NCBI GenBank assembly: GCA_014905635.1
Contig: JABVCE010000003.1
Location: 620,001-684,000, forward strand
Source: Scenedesmus sp. PABB004
Taxonomy: Eukaryota
DNA length: 64,000 nt
Direction: 5' to 3'
Shown: piece after piece, positions 1 through 11,960 of the stretch
Position numbering within the stretch: position 1 is the first letter of the stretch
Layout: the number at the start of each line of letters is the position of its first letter
Program-made: the position numbers and the translations under genes
Notes under the pieces: model-generated
Databases searched by the model: none
The model's input: the letters and a program-made list of their open reading frames with translations, nothing else
Told to the model about the DNA's origin: nothing

Positions 1-100
1 ATCACGACCGGCACGGCCGGCGTCAGGGGCGGCAGCAGCGTGTGCTCCACCGACGACGACGACAGCACCGCGACCGAGACGGTCTTTGCCATGACGGGTG

Positions 101-139
<39 letters not shown>

Positions 140-990
140 CGCGCGCGCGTGCGCTCGGGGCCGCGCCGCGCCGCGCCGCGCCGCGCGGCCACGGCAGCCG
201 CCTGAGTGCGGGCGCGCGCGTGCGCGCGGCGCAGGCCGCACGGGCAGCAGCCTCTACATGGCGCCCGAGGTCTTCCAGGGCCAGCCGTACAACGAGAAGG
301 CCGACGTGTTCAGCTTTGGCGTGCTGCTCTACGAGCTGCTGGCCAAGACCATGGTGCGCGCGCCACCACCGCCGCGCGCCCCGCCGCCGCGCCCCCCGCG
401 CGTCCGCCGCGCCGCGCCCGCCACGACAGCCGCGCGCCCGCCGCCGCGCCCGCCGCGCCGCCGCCCACGCCGCGCCACCGCTGCCTGCCGTGCGCCAGGT
501 GCTGTTCACGGAGCTGCCGACCTACTCGACCGACCCCGTCGTGCTGGAGGACTATGCGGAGAAGGTGTCCAAGGGCTACCGCCCCGCGCGGCCCAAGAGC
601 TTCAGCGACGCGGCGTGGGAGCTCGTCAGCGCGTGCTGGGCGCAGGAGCCCACGCAGCGGCCGAACATGAGCAAGGCGCGCGCGCCGCACGCAGCGCCGC
701 GTCCGGCGGCGCGGCCGCCGGGCCCCGCCGCGCGCGCCGCCGCCGCGCAGCCGCTGCCGCGACCGCCGCCGCGGCCGCCGCCGGCGCAGGTGGTCAACAT
801 GCTGCGCAACCTGCTGCAGTCAGAGCTGGCGAGCAGCAAGGACAGCGGCAGCCGGCGCATCTCGCTGCAGCAGAGCAGCGGCGGCGCGGCCGCGCCGGGC
901 GCCGCCAACGGCGCCGGCAGCGGCGTCAAGGGCGCGCAGCCGCCCGCCGCGGCTGAGCCGGCCGCGGGCTGCAGCTGCGTCATTTCGTGA
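1..990 (+). CDS. Protein kinase (TKL-like), C-terminal exons only; 5' end outside window
   Basis: Spliced reading gives MTG-RTGSSLYMAPEVFQGQPYNEKADVFSFGVLLYEL (subdomains VIII-IX) and LVSACWAQEPTQRP (XI). Introns at ~98-234, ~354-498 and 676-789. Ends in CSCVIS-stop. Confidence 0.9.
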
Positions 991-1713
991 GCCGAGGCCG
1001 CCGGGAGTGGGGGGGAAGTGTGCGTGGTTGGGGGGAGGGGGGGGGGCTTTCTCGACTGCGGCCAAAACCTGCATGGTGATGACAACTTGACGCCGTTCAC
1101 CGATGGCAGCAGCGGCGCTGCGCTGATCACGGCCCTGGAGCTGCGCTCAGGGCCCGTGGCATGTGCACGCGCCGGGGCTGCGCGCGGCGCCTGCACGCGC
1201 AGGTGCGGCTGGGGCGCCTGCACGATACCTTTGTTGTACTGCTCTTGCAGCTGCACGCACGCAAGTGCACAGCGCGCCAGCGCAGCCGAGTGCACGGGCC
1301 TCGCGGCCGCAGCACGCCTCGGCAGCCTGCCTGAAAATGCCAAAGACGGCTGTTGACGGGCGGCGGTGGCCGCGATCAGCGGCGCGCATGTGGTGAGGCT
1401 GCCGCTTGCACAGCCTAGGCGACACGTACTCGGTTCTGCGTCCTCATTGAACACTGCGGCTCCAAAGCCCCTCTGCATTTGACTCTTTGACTCGTGGGTC
1501 GCGGGTGCACCCAGGCAGACCCACCGCGCAACACGCACGCGGCCTGCTGCATCCTGGTGACGACGCGCAATGTGGGCACGCAGTGCTGGACGCACTCTGC
1601 TAAGAGCATGCAGCACGCTCCACGCAGCACCGGAACGCGTAGCACACTCACAGGAACGTGCGCCTCAGGGGTGGCCATTCACAACGCGCTTGCTTGCTGC
1701 TTGCTGCTTTGCC

Positions 1714-1715
<2 letters not shown>

Positions 1716-1749
<34 letters not shown>
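1716..1749. repeat. (CTG)n microsatellite
   Basis: Uninterrupted ctg run between two convergent gene ends. Confidence 0.9.
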
Positions 1750-1750
<1 letters not shown>

Positions 1751-1945
1751 AGGCGGTTGCACGCTCCACGATGGTGTTTGACGACACGAGCGCCGCAGAC
1801 GTCTGCGGGCGAGCGAGGGGACTCTTGACGCGGACTGGTGCCGCCGTGACCTGGCCAGAATCGGGTCGCCGCGGGGCACACTGCGTATTTGCTGGCGGCG
1901 GCGCGCGTGTGCACGCGCACACAGTGCGACGGTGTTACACGCCAG

Positions 1946-2297
1946 CTACGCGCCCCCCGGGCCGCCCCACGCCCGCACCGACACGTAGCGCCCGCCGCTG
2001 TCCCCGGCGCCGTGCCCGTTGAGCGGGCGCGCGCCGTGGCCGTTGCGCGCCGCAGCTGTGCCCAAAGCGCTGCCCGTCTTGCGCCGCGAGCTGGCCACCA
2101 GCCCGCCGGCGGCGCCGCCCCCGTCGCCGCCCGCATCGCCGTCGCCGCTGCTCCTGCCGCCCTCGCTGCTGCTGTCGCGCGAGGCTCGGCTGCCATCACG
2201 CCCGCTGCCGCGGCCGGCTCCGTCCCCGCCGCCAGCGCTGGCGGCACCGCGCCCGGCGTCCGCGTCTGGCCGCTGGCGCACTTCTTGCTGCCGCTGC

Positions 2298-2336
<39 letters not shown>

Positions 2337-3786
2337 GCGCCCCCGATGCTGGTGATGGCGCCGCTGGCGGCGTCCCACTCCACGCCGTGCTGCTCCAGCG
2401 ACTGCTGCAGCTTGGCGACCTGCCCGCGCGCGGCCGCGAGGTGCGCCTGCGCCTGCTGCATCGTGCGCCCCGCGACCTGGTGGGCCTGCGGGTCGTTCTC
2501 AAACGCGGCCAGGTTGGCCGACAGCTGCGCCACGGTGTGCTCCGTGGTGGCGATGAGCTGCCGCGTCTGCAGCAGGCGGTGCACCTGCTGCTGCAGCTGC
2601 CGCTGCTGCTCCGCGGCCGCCGCCGCGAGCTCTCGCCGACCCGGCTGTGCACGCCGCGGCCGCTGCTGCAGCGACGGTGCCCCGAGACCCTGCCGCTGCT
2701 CCTGCTGCTGCTGCTCCTGCTGCTGCAGCTCTCGCTGCTGCGCCCCGCCGCCGCCGCCCGATGCACGGCTGGCGCGCCGCCGGCTGTGGCCGGCGGCGCT
2801 CGCGTCGCCGGCGGCGGCAGCGGCGGCGGCCATGCGCGCGGAGCGCCGCTGCGCCGCGTCCCGGATCGCCGCCGTTGTCTTGGCGGCGTAGCTGGGGTCC
2901 TGCCAGAGCGCGCGGCTGCGCTCTGCGGTCGCCGCGCGCCGCGCCTCGCGCTCCTCGGGCGTCATCGCCTGCACGCGCGGCGGCGGTCGCAGCGGTCAAC
3001 CGGGCGGCGTGCGCAGCGTGCGCGGCGCGCGGCGCGGCCGGCGGGCGGCGCGCCCTGTGGCCGCGCACGCGGCCGCACCTCCAGGCGCTCGCGCCGTGCC
3101 TCCATGCTGCGCAGCCGGATGCGCTCCTGCAGCGCGCACGCTGCGCGTCAGGGCGGCCGCGCGGCGGCCCCCGGCGCGCGGCGAGGCGCGCGGCGCGGCG
3201 CGCGCGACGCACCCGCACTTCCGGCGCCAGCGCCACGCCCGCGCGGCTGCGGTTCCACGCGTCCAGCTTGGCGCGCACCTCGGGCCGCTGCAGCGCGCGT
3301 GCGGTGCCGGCGGTGATCTTGGCGATGGTCACTGCGCGCGGGCGGCACGGCGGCGGCGCGCGGCGGCGGCGCGGGTGGGCCGGCGCGCCGACAGGGCCGG
3401 CCGCCGCGCGCGGGCAGACGCGGGCAGGCGCGCCGCGCGCGGGCCTCACGCGGCGAGTGCTTGCGGCCCTTGTTCCAGGGCACGCGCTTGCCGGGCGCGG
3501 CGCCGTCGTCGCGCTGCTGCGCGGGCGGCGCCGGCGGCGGCGGCTGCCGCGGCGGCCCCGGCGCGTCGGCGTCCGCCGCCTCCCGCCGGGCCGCAAACTC
3601 GGCGAAGGTCAGGTAGCCCCGCCCCGCCGCGTCGCCAGCAGCGGCAGCAGCAGCGGCGGCGGCGCCGCCAAGTGCCGCGCCCGCAGCGCGGTTGCCACCA
3701 CCGCCCGCGCTGCAGCCGGCGCGGCGCGGCACCGCCCCCTGCCGGGCCCGCGGCGCCTGGGCCGGCGCCAGCCCGCGGAGCAGCAT
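1946..3786 (-). CDS. NUMOD3 (nuclease-associated modular domain) protein, plant/algal type, with C-terminal coiled coil; probably organelle-targeted
   Basis: [11 protein letters not shown] + [22 protein letters not shown] across an intron resembles the plant [16 protein letters not shown] motif. Later exon [17 protein letters not shown] on minus strand at 1935-1939, just past the stop. Confidence 0.7.
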
Positions 3787-4145
3787 CGCTGGGCGCGGGC
3801 GTGCGGGCGCCTGGCGGCCGAGCACACCACCACACCGCCGGGCGTCGTCGGCATGCATGCGCGGTGCGCGCGCGAGCTGCTGTGCGTCGCGCGGTCCAGG
3901 TCTTGCGCCGGGAGAGCCCGCCAGGCCCACGCGCTCAGCCCATCGTCGGTGCATTTGATCACGCCAGCGACACGCACGCGCCGCGCACGGCCGACGCTGC
4001 TCGCACAGGCGCTGCGGCCTCCTGCGGGATCTGCTCCGCCCGCCTGCGCCCGCTTGGCCCCCGGGCGCCCTCGTTCGCCGGTCGCCGCGCCCGGGACGCC
4101 CCCCGCCAATCTGTGGCGTGCGGCCCCCGCCCAGATCGCTCGGGC

Positions 4146-5818
4146 ATGGCGGGGCAGCAGCAGCAGCGGGCCGCCGGCGCGGCGGCGCGGCTGCTCGCGG
4201 CGGCCGCGGCGTCGCGGCCGGGCTGGCAGCAGGCCGGCGGCTGGGGCCGGCAGCAGCAGCGGCTGCTGGCCGGCGCCGCGGCCGGCAGCGGCGGCGGCGC
4301 GGGCGCGGGCGCAGGCGCCGCTGCCGCCGCCGCTGCCGCCGGCGGCGCGGCGGCGCGGCGGCCGCGCGGCGCGCTGCGCCGGCTGCGCACCGTGCTGCGC
4401 GACTACAAGCAGCTGTCCAAGTTCCGGCTCAGCGCGCTCGTCGCGCTCACCGCGGCGTCGGGCTTCGCGGCGGGCAGCGGCGAGGCGGTGTCGCCGGGGG
4501 GGCTCGCGTGGACGGCGCTCGGCACGCTCGGCGCGGCGGCGTGTGCCAACGCGCTCAACCAGCTGTACGAGGTCGCTAACGACGCGCGCATGGCGCGCAC
4601 CGCGGGCCGCCCGCTGCCGGCGGGCCGGCTCTCGCGGCGCCACGCGGCCGCGTTTGCGCTCGCGAGCGGCGCGGCGGGGCTGTGGCTGCTGCACGAAAAG
4701 GTGCGCGGCGCGGCGCCCGCGCCCGCCGCGGCCCCGCGCGCCGCGGCCGCGCCTCCGCCGGCGCTCACGTGCCAACGCGCCACGCCGCCGCCGGCGCTCA
4801 CGTGCGCAGACCAACCCGCTGACGACGGGCCTGGCGGCCGCCAACATCGGCCTCTACGCCGGCGTGTACACGCCGCTCAAGCAGCTGAGCGTCGCCAACA
4901 CCTGGGTCGGCGCGGTCGTGGGGGCCATCCCGCCGCTCATGGGCTGGGCCGCCGCGGCGGGCGAGCTCGAGCCGGGCGCGCTGCTGCTCGCGGTCGCGCT
5001 GTTCTCGTGGCAGGTGCGCCCACCGCCGCGCCGCGCCGCGGAGCCGCGCCGCGCCGCGCGTGCCGGGGCCGGCCGGGGCTCGCCGGCGCCCCTGCCGCCG
5101 CGTCCCACGCCCCGCCGCCGCCGCCGCCGCCGCCGCGCGCGCCGCCGCCGCGCAGATGCCGCACTTCCTGGCGCTCGCGTGGATGTGCCGCGACGACTAC
5201 GTGCGCGGCGGCTTCCGCATGCTGCCCAGCGTGGACCCGAGCGGCCGGCGCACCGCCGCGATCGCGCTGCGCCACTGCGCGGTGCTCGCGCCGCTCGGCG
5301 CCGCCGCGGTCGCGCTGCAGCTCGCGAGCGCGCCGTTTGCGGCCGAGGCGGCGCTGCTCGCGGGCGCGATGGCGGCGGGCGCGCTGCGCTTCCGCGCCGC
5401 GCCCAGCGCCGCGGGCGCGCGCGCGCTCTTCCGCGGCAGCCTGCTGTACCTGCCGCTGCTGCTCGCGGGCCTCGCGGCGCACCGCCTGCCCAACGGCCAC
5501 GCGCCGACGTGGGCCGACGCGGCCGACGGCGCGGCCGCGGCGGCGGCGCGCCTCGGCGGCGCGCTGCCGGAGCCGCTGCGCCCGGGGCGCGTGTGGGCGG
5601 CGCTGGAGGAGCTGCAGGCGGGGCTGCACTGGCCCACGCTGCGCCCGCCGGAGGAGCGCTACGCCGCGGTGCTCGAGGTCACGCGGCAGCTGCACGGCAT
5701 GCGCTGCCCCTCGCGCGCCTACGCCGACGGCGACGCGGACGAGCGCGGCGCTGCGCGGGGCGGCGCGGCCGGCGGCGCGGACGCCGGCGGCGGTGAACCA
5801 GCCGCGGCGCGCGAGTGA
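4146..5818 (+). CDS. COX10: Protoheme IX farnesyltransferase (heme O synthase)
   Basis: [98 protein letters not shown]; two GT-AG introns. Confidence 0.95.
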
Positions 5819-6289
5819 GCTGCGCGCTGAGAGTGGGAGCGGCCGATTTTCCAGTGCGGCCGCTGGGGCGGGGCTAATGTGAACCGGCACCCACGACCTG
5901 GGCACGGCCGCAAAAGCCGCCCAGCGCACACGCGCGCCGTCGTCGCGGCGGCGCAGCGCCCCAAAGCCCCAGCGCGATGCCGCCGCCGCGGCGCGCCGTC
6001 CCCGCCCGCCGCGCCACCCGGTGGGCCCGCCGTTCCCCGCCGCGCCTGGACCGCCTGCAGCGCGCACGGCGGTGCGCCCAGGCCTGCGGGGCGGCGGCAG
6101 CGGCTGCGAAGCCGCCGCGGCGCCTGGCGGCTCGAGTCGTCGCTGCGCACGCGGCTGTGCAGCACACACGTCTCGGGCAGGCGAATCGAGGCCCCGGGAG
6201 GGCCGCCCGCGGCCGCACCGCGAAAAGCCGGCCGAGTGCGAGGGCGCTGGGCTCGAAGGCCGCACCTCCTCTCTCCCCCCGGCCGCGCC

Positions 6290-9200
6290 ATGGACGCCCT
6301 GCACGCCGCGGCGCTGGAGGAGGTGGCGCTGGAGGGGCGGCAGGGTGCGGCGGCGGCGCGGGCGCCGCTGCCGCTGCCGGCGCCGCCCGGCGGCGAGCGG
6401 CAGCACGCGCGGCGGTGCTGCGCGGCGGCTGCTGTGCTGGGGCCGGCGTGGCTGCGTGTGAAGCGGCCGTCAGGCGCCCGCACCGCCGACGCGCGCGCGG
6501 TCGCCGCCGCAGGCTGCTCGCTGCCGGTGCTCTGGGCGCTCCTCGGCGCGCGCCTGCCGCCGGGCGTGCCCGCGCTGACGCCGCTGCTCAAGCGCCGGCT
6601 CTGGGCGCTGCTGCGCGACCCGGCGGCCAGCGCGCTGACCTTCTCCACCGAGGACCTGCGCGCCGCGAGGTGGGGCGCATCGGCTGCCGCGCGGCCGCCA
6701 GCGCGCCGCTCGCTCGCTCATTCGCTGCGCCCGCCCGCGCGCCCGCGCCGGCCGCAGCGCGGCGGCCAGGGCCGCTGCGCCGCCGAAGAAGCGGCGGAAG
6801 AAGAGCAGGGATGCCGAGGTGACGGAGGAGGGCGAGGAGGAGGAGGGCGACGCCGGGGCGCTGGACGCCGAGGTGCGTCGGCCCGCGCCCCGCCGGCGCG
6901 CGCGCGCGCGCGCGGCGCCGCTCAAGCGCCGCCGCCGCTGGCCCGCCAGGCGGGGGTGCCGCTGGAGGCGGTGCCGGAGGAGCTGGACGCGGCCGAGGCC
7001 GCCGGCATCGTCGCGGTGGTGCGTGCCGCCGTGCCGCCGCCGACACCAGCCGCGCGGCCGCTGCCCTCCCCATGCCACGCGCGCGGCCGCCAGAAGCCAC
7101 CCGCGCCGCCGCCGCGCAGGCGAGCGAGGCGGCGCGGCTGAGCGCGGTGGGCATCTATGATGAGCTGGAGTCGAGCTTCAGGCTCAGCGAGCACCAGGTG
7201 CGGCGGGCCAGCGGCGCGGGCGCGGCGGCGGCGGCGCGCCCGCGCGGCCAGGGCCCGCCGCGCCCCGGCGGCGCCGCGCCGCCCGCCGACGGCCGCGCCG
7301 CGCCGCGCCGCGCCGCGCCGCGCCGCGCAGCTGGCCGTGGTGGAGATGGTCGGCCAGCGGCGGCGCCACGGCGCGGTGCAGACGGACATGGCGCGCGCGC
7401 TGGGCGTGCAGAACCGAAACTTTTTCTACGTCCTCAAGGTCAGTCAGCCCACCAGCGCGCGCGCGCAGCCCCGGGGGGCCAGCAGGGGCACGAGCCGCCG
7501 CGCCGCGCCGCGCCGCGCCGCGCCGCCGCCGGCGCGCCACGCCGCGCGCGCTCACCTGCGCCGCGGCCGCCGCCGGCCACGCGCGCGCGCGTGCGGCGTG
7601 TCAGATGCTGGAGGCGCGGCAGCTGGTCGTGCGCAACCCGCTCATGCTGCCGACCGGCTCCCGCGGCGGGCCGAGCGGCTGCATGGTGACGTCGATCGTG
7701 CACCTCCCGCGCTTTGCGCCGCGCGTGGCGCTCGGCGGCGTGGCCATCTTCAAGGCACGGCGCACCGGGCGGCACGCGGCCCCGCGCCCGAGGCCGCGCG
7801 CCGACCGCTGTGCACGGCGCCGTCGCCCGCGCGCGCGCGCGCGCGCAGGAGGTGCAGACGCCGCACGGCACGGAGCTGCAGCAGGCGGGCCAGGCGGCCG
7901 GCGAGAGCGCGGGCTTTGCGGTGCGGGACGACGCGGCGATGATGACCCAGGTGCGCATCCGCACCCGCCGCACCCGCCGCACTCGCCGCGCGCGCCGAGC
8001 CAGGGGCGCGGCCGCCAGCCCGCGCGGCGGCGCGGCGCCCCCGCGCCGGCGCCGCGCCGAGCGCGCGTGCCCGCGCGCGCGCGCGCAGATCTGCGAGTTG
8101 CTCGGCAGCTCCGGCGGCAAGTACGTGAGCGAGACCCAGGCCAAGGCGCTGCTCGGCTTCACCGGCTCGCCCGCGGCGCACCGGCAGTGGCGGCGGTGCG
8201 CGCCCGTGCGGCGCGGCGCGCGGCGCGGCGGCCGGCCCCGGGGGCCACGCGCGCAAGCGCGCACGCGCCGCGCCCGCGCGCCGCCGCCAAGGCAGCTGCC
8301 GCGGCCACCGCCGCGGCGCGCAGGCTGCGCACGCGGCTGGTCAAGCTGGGGTGCATCGAGGTGCAGGCGGGCATGCACGGCGATCGCGCCATCAGCGTGC
8401 TGCGCCTCGTCAAGCCCTACCGCCTGCGCCTGCCGGCGGTGGTCAACAGCGAGGACGAGGCCCAGGAGGGCGCGGCCGCGGACGACGGCGACGACAACGA
8501 CGACGGCGACGAGGACGGCGACGAGGCCGAGGGCGACGGCGGCGCCGCCGGCGGCCGCAGGCTGCTGGTGGAGGTGAGCCGGGACCAGCTGGTCCTGGAG
8601 GCCATCTGCGAGGTGCGGCCCCGGCGCCCGCGCGGCGCGGGCGCGCCGGCACGCCGGCCGCGGCGCAGCGCCGCCGGCCGCGGCCGACCGGCGCCGACCG
8701 GCGCGCCGCGCGTCGCCGCGCGTCGCCGCGCGTCGCCGCGCGTCGCCGCGCGTCGCCGCGCCAGGCGGGGCCCGAGGGCCTGCTCACGACGGAGCTGTGT
8801 GGCCGCCTGGGCGTCGCGCCCAAGGTGCTGATGAAGGCCATGCCTGACATGGTCAGGCGCTACGGCCTGCTGGTGCGCACGCGGCGCGCGCGAGACCGCG
8901 CGCGGCGGGCGTGCCGCTGGCCGCCGCCGGCGCGGCGCGGCGGGCCTCGGAGCGCGCCGCGCCGCCGCCGCCGCCGCCGCCGCCGCCACTGACCCGCGCG
9001 CGCGCGCGCGCGCGGGCGCCGCCGCCGCCGCCGCCGCCGGGCGCGCCCAGATGGACTATGACATGCCGGGCAAAGCGCTCACCAACCGCGTGGCCGCAGC
9101 GCCGTACCTGCTGGCAGCGTACGCGCGGCTCCAGGGCGCGCTGCTCGCGCCCGGCGCGCGCGGCGCGGCCACGCGGCTGCCGGCCGGCGGCGACGGCGAC

Positions 9201-11927
9201 GGCGACGACGACGCGGCGGCGGCGGCAGCGGCTGCGGCGGCGGGCGCGCAAGCCGAGGCGGTTGGCGAGTCGGCGCTCGCGGGCCCGGGCGCCAGCGCCC
9301 GGGCGGGCGGGCGGCGCCGCCGGACGCAGGACGCCGCGGCAGAGCGTGGCGACGAGGCCGCGACCCCGCAGCGGCGGCTGCGGCGGTGAGGACGGCGGAG
9401 CAGGGCGCCGACACAGACATGGACGCGGCAGTCGACGCGGCGCCGCAGCAGCAGCGCGGCACGGCACCCGCGTCGGTTGAGGCGACGCACGCGCCCGGGC
9501 AGCTGGCCGCCGCGCCCGCGGCGCCCGGGGCGGGTGGCGCCGCGCCGCGCCCGGGCGCAGGCCGGCGCCTCGGCGGGCTCCTCGGCGGCCCGGGCCCGCG
9601 CGGGCTGCGCGTGCACGCGGTGCAGCAGCAGAGCGCCGGGGCAGCCGTCTCGAAGCTGCTCGGCATGCAGGCGCTGACGGAGCGGCAGCGCCTGATGCAA
9701 TCCTCGCAGCCGGGCGACGAGGCCTCGGCCGGCGGCGACGTCACGCCCGCCGGCGCCAGCGCCGGCGGCTGCCCGGTCGCGTCCGCCGGCGGCGCGGCCG
9801 CGCTGGTCGCGTCATGGTCGGGCCTCGCGGCGGCTGGCCTGTCGCGGCTGCAGCAGCGCCGCCTGGTGGCTCTCATCACGCGACTGCAGCAGGCAGGCTT
9901 CATAGCCAGACAGGTGCGCACGTGGTCGCTGACCCGAGCCGCGAGGCGCCACGCGGCTGCTGCCGGCCCGGCCCCGGCGGGCGGCGCAGTCCAACCCGCA
10001 CACCCACGGCTGCCGCGCGGCGCCGCGCGTGCGCAGGAGGTGCGGCGCATCGTGATGGCCGCAGAGCCGCCGCCCGTCGCGCCGCGCGGCGGCGGGGCGC
10101 CGCCCGACGCGAGCGGGCCCGACTCCAAGACCTGCGCGCGCCTGCTCGCGCTGCTGGTGGAGCGCGGGCTGGGGCGCCTCGTGCGGCTCAAGTATAGCCA
10201 CGAGGGCGCGCCCGCGCCCAAGGAGGTGCGCCGGCGCCGGCGGCGCCGCCGCCGGCGGCCCGCGCCCGCCGAGGCTGCAGCGTGGCGCCGCCCGCTCTCA
10301 GCTCCGCGCCGCCGCTGCGCCGCCGCCGCCGCCACCGCCGCGGCGCCAGGCTGAGGTGCTGCTGTATGCTGGCGCCGAGGAGACGCCGGAGCTGCTGCAG
10401 CGCATCGCGGCGCACGACCAGGCGCTGCCGACGGAGATACGGCGCGAGGCCGCCCTCCGGGCGCGCGCGCGCGCGGAGCAGGGCCTGCCTGCGCTCGGCG
10501 CGGCGGACGGCGAGGCGGCCGGCGGCGCCTCGGGCGGCGAGGAGGCGAGCGAGGCCCCGCAGGCGCACGTGCCGCTCCGCGTTGACGGGCAGCTTGCGGA
10601 GCTGCACCTCGGCGGGCGCAGCCTTCCCGGCTTTGGGCACAAGGGCCAGGCGGCCGCGCGCGGCGGCAGGGGCCGGGGGCGCGGCCGCGGCCGCGGCCGG
10701 GGCAGGCGCGCACGTAGCGCGGACAGCGCCGCGGCCGACAGCGAGGCGACGGAGGCGGCGCCGGAGGAGGGCGAGGAGGGGGAGGAGGAGGAGCAGGAGG
10801 CGCTGGGCCAGGACGCGCGCGGCGCGCTCGCCCGCGGTGCCGCGACGCTGGGGCAGCAGCAGCGCAAGCAGTTCGGCAAGGACACGGTGAGGCGGCGCGC
10901 CCCGCGCACGCGCGCGCCGCCCTGCGCCAGCCGCCGCGCGCAGCCAGCCAGGCGCTCCTCTCACTCCCCGGGCGCCGCCGTCTCGCGTGTGGCGCAGGTG
11001 ACGATGCGCCGCCAGGGCTACGTCGTGGCCAGCCTGCTGCGTGCACGGCTGCTGCACCAGTACCTCTGCGCCTGCGTCGGCCTCGCGTCCGACCCCCACC
11101 CTGACATTGCCGACAGCGCCCTGCCCGACGCCGCGGCCGGCCCCGACGCGGGCGCGGCCCCGCGCGCGCGCGTGCCGCCGCTGGCGCTGCAGATGGCCGA
11201 CCCCGCGCGCCAGGCGGCACTGGACGCGCGCCGGCAGGGCGGCCCGGCGGGGCAGCCGGGTGTCTTCCAGTTCACCGGGCTCGCCGCGGCCAGCCCCGGG
11301 GGTGACCAGGCGGCGGCCGAGGGCGGCGCGGCCGCTGCCAGCGGGGACGGCGAGCGCACCGGCGACGAGGGCGGCGGCGGCGCCCCGGGCGCGGCGCGGC
11401 GCCGCGCTGAGCTGGAGCAGGAGCTGGGCGGCCGGCTGCTGGGCGTGGCGCAGCTGTGGCAGAACATGCCCCTCGCGCTGGCATTGCAGGTGGGGGCGCG
11501 CGCGAGGGCTTGTGTGTGCGGGCGTGCCCCCCCCCCCCCCTGCCGCCGCCGCCGCCGCGCCGCGCCGCCCACGAGCGCCTCGCCGCGCCGCGCGGCCGCG
11601 CCAGGTTGCTGGCAGCAGCGTGGAGGTCGCCGACCTGCTGCAGCTCGTGCGCGCCACGCCGGCGCCGCGGCTCGCCGACTTCAGTGCAGTCGAGGTGGAG
11701 GCGGTGTTTGGCGACAGGGCGTGGCGCCGCCTCGTGGCCGGCCTGGGCGCGCTGGCCAAGCTGCGGCTGCTCACGCCCGCGCGGCGCGACGCCGGCGACG
11801 ACGCGAGCGGCGGCTGGAACCAGTGCCACCCAGCCGCGGTGCGTGCGCGGGGTCGGGGGAGGGCGGCCGGGCCGGCGCGCGGGCGGCGGGGCCAGCGACG
11901 CTTTGCAGCGCTGCCCTGCACTGCTGA

Positions 11928-11960
<33 letters not shown>

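Noticed and set aside
1946..3786. NUMOD3 protein as a homing endonuclease
   Set aside because: No GIY-YIG or HNH motif seen; it fits the stand-alone plant/algal NUMOD3 family
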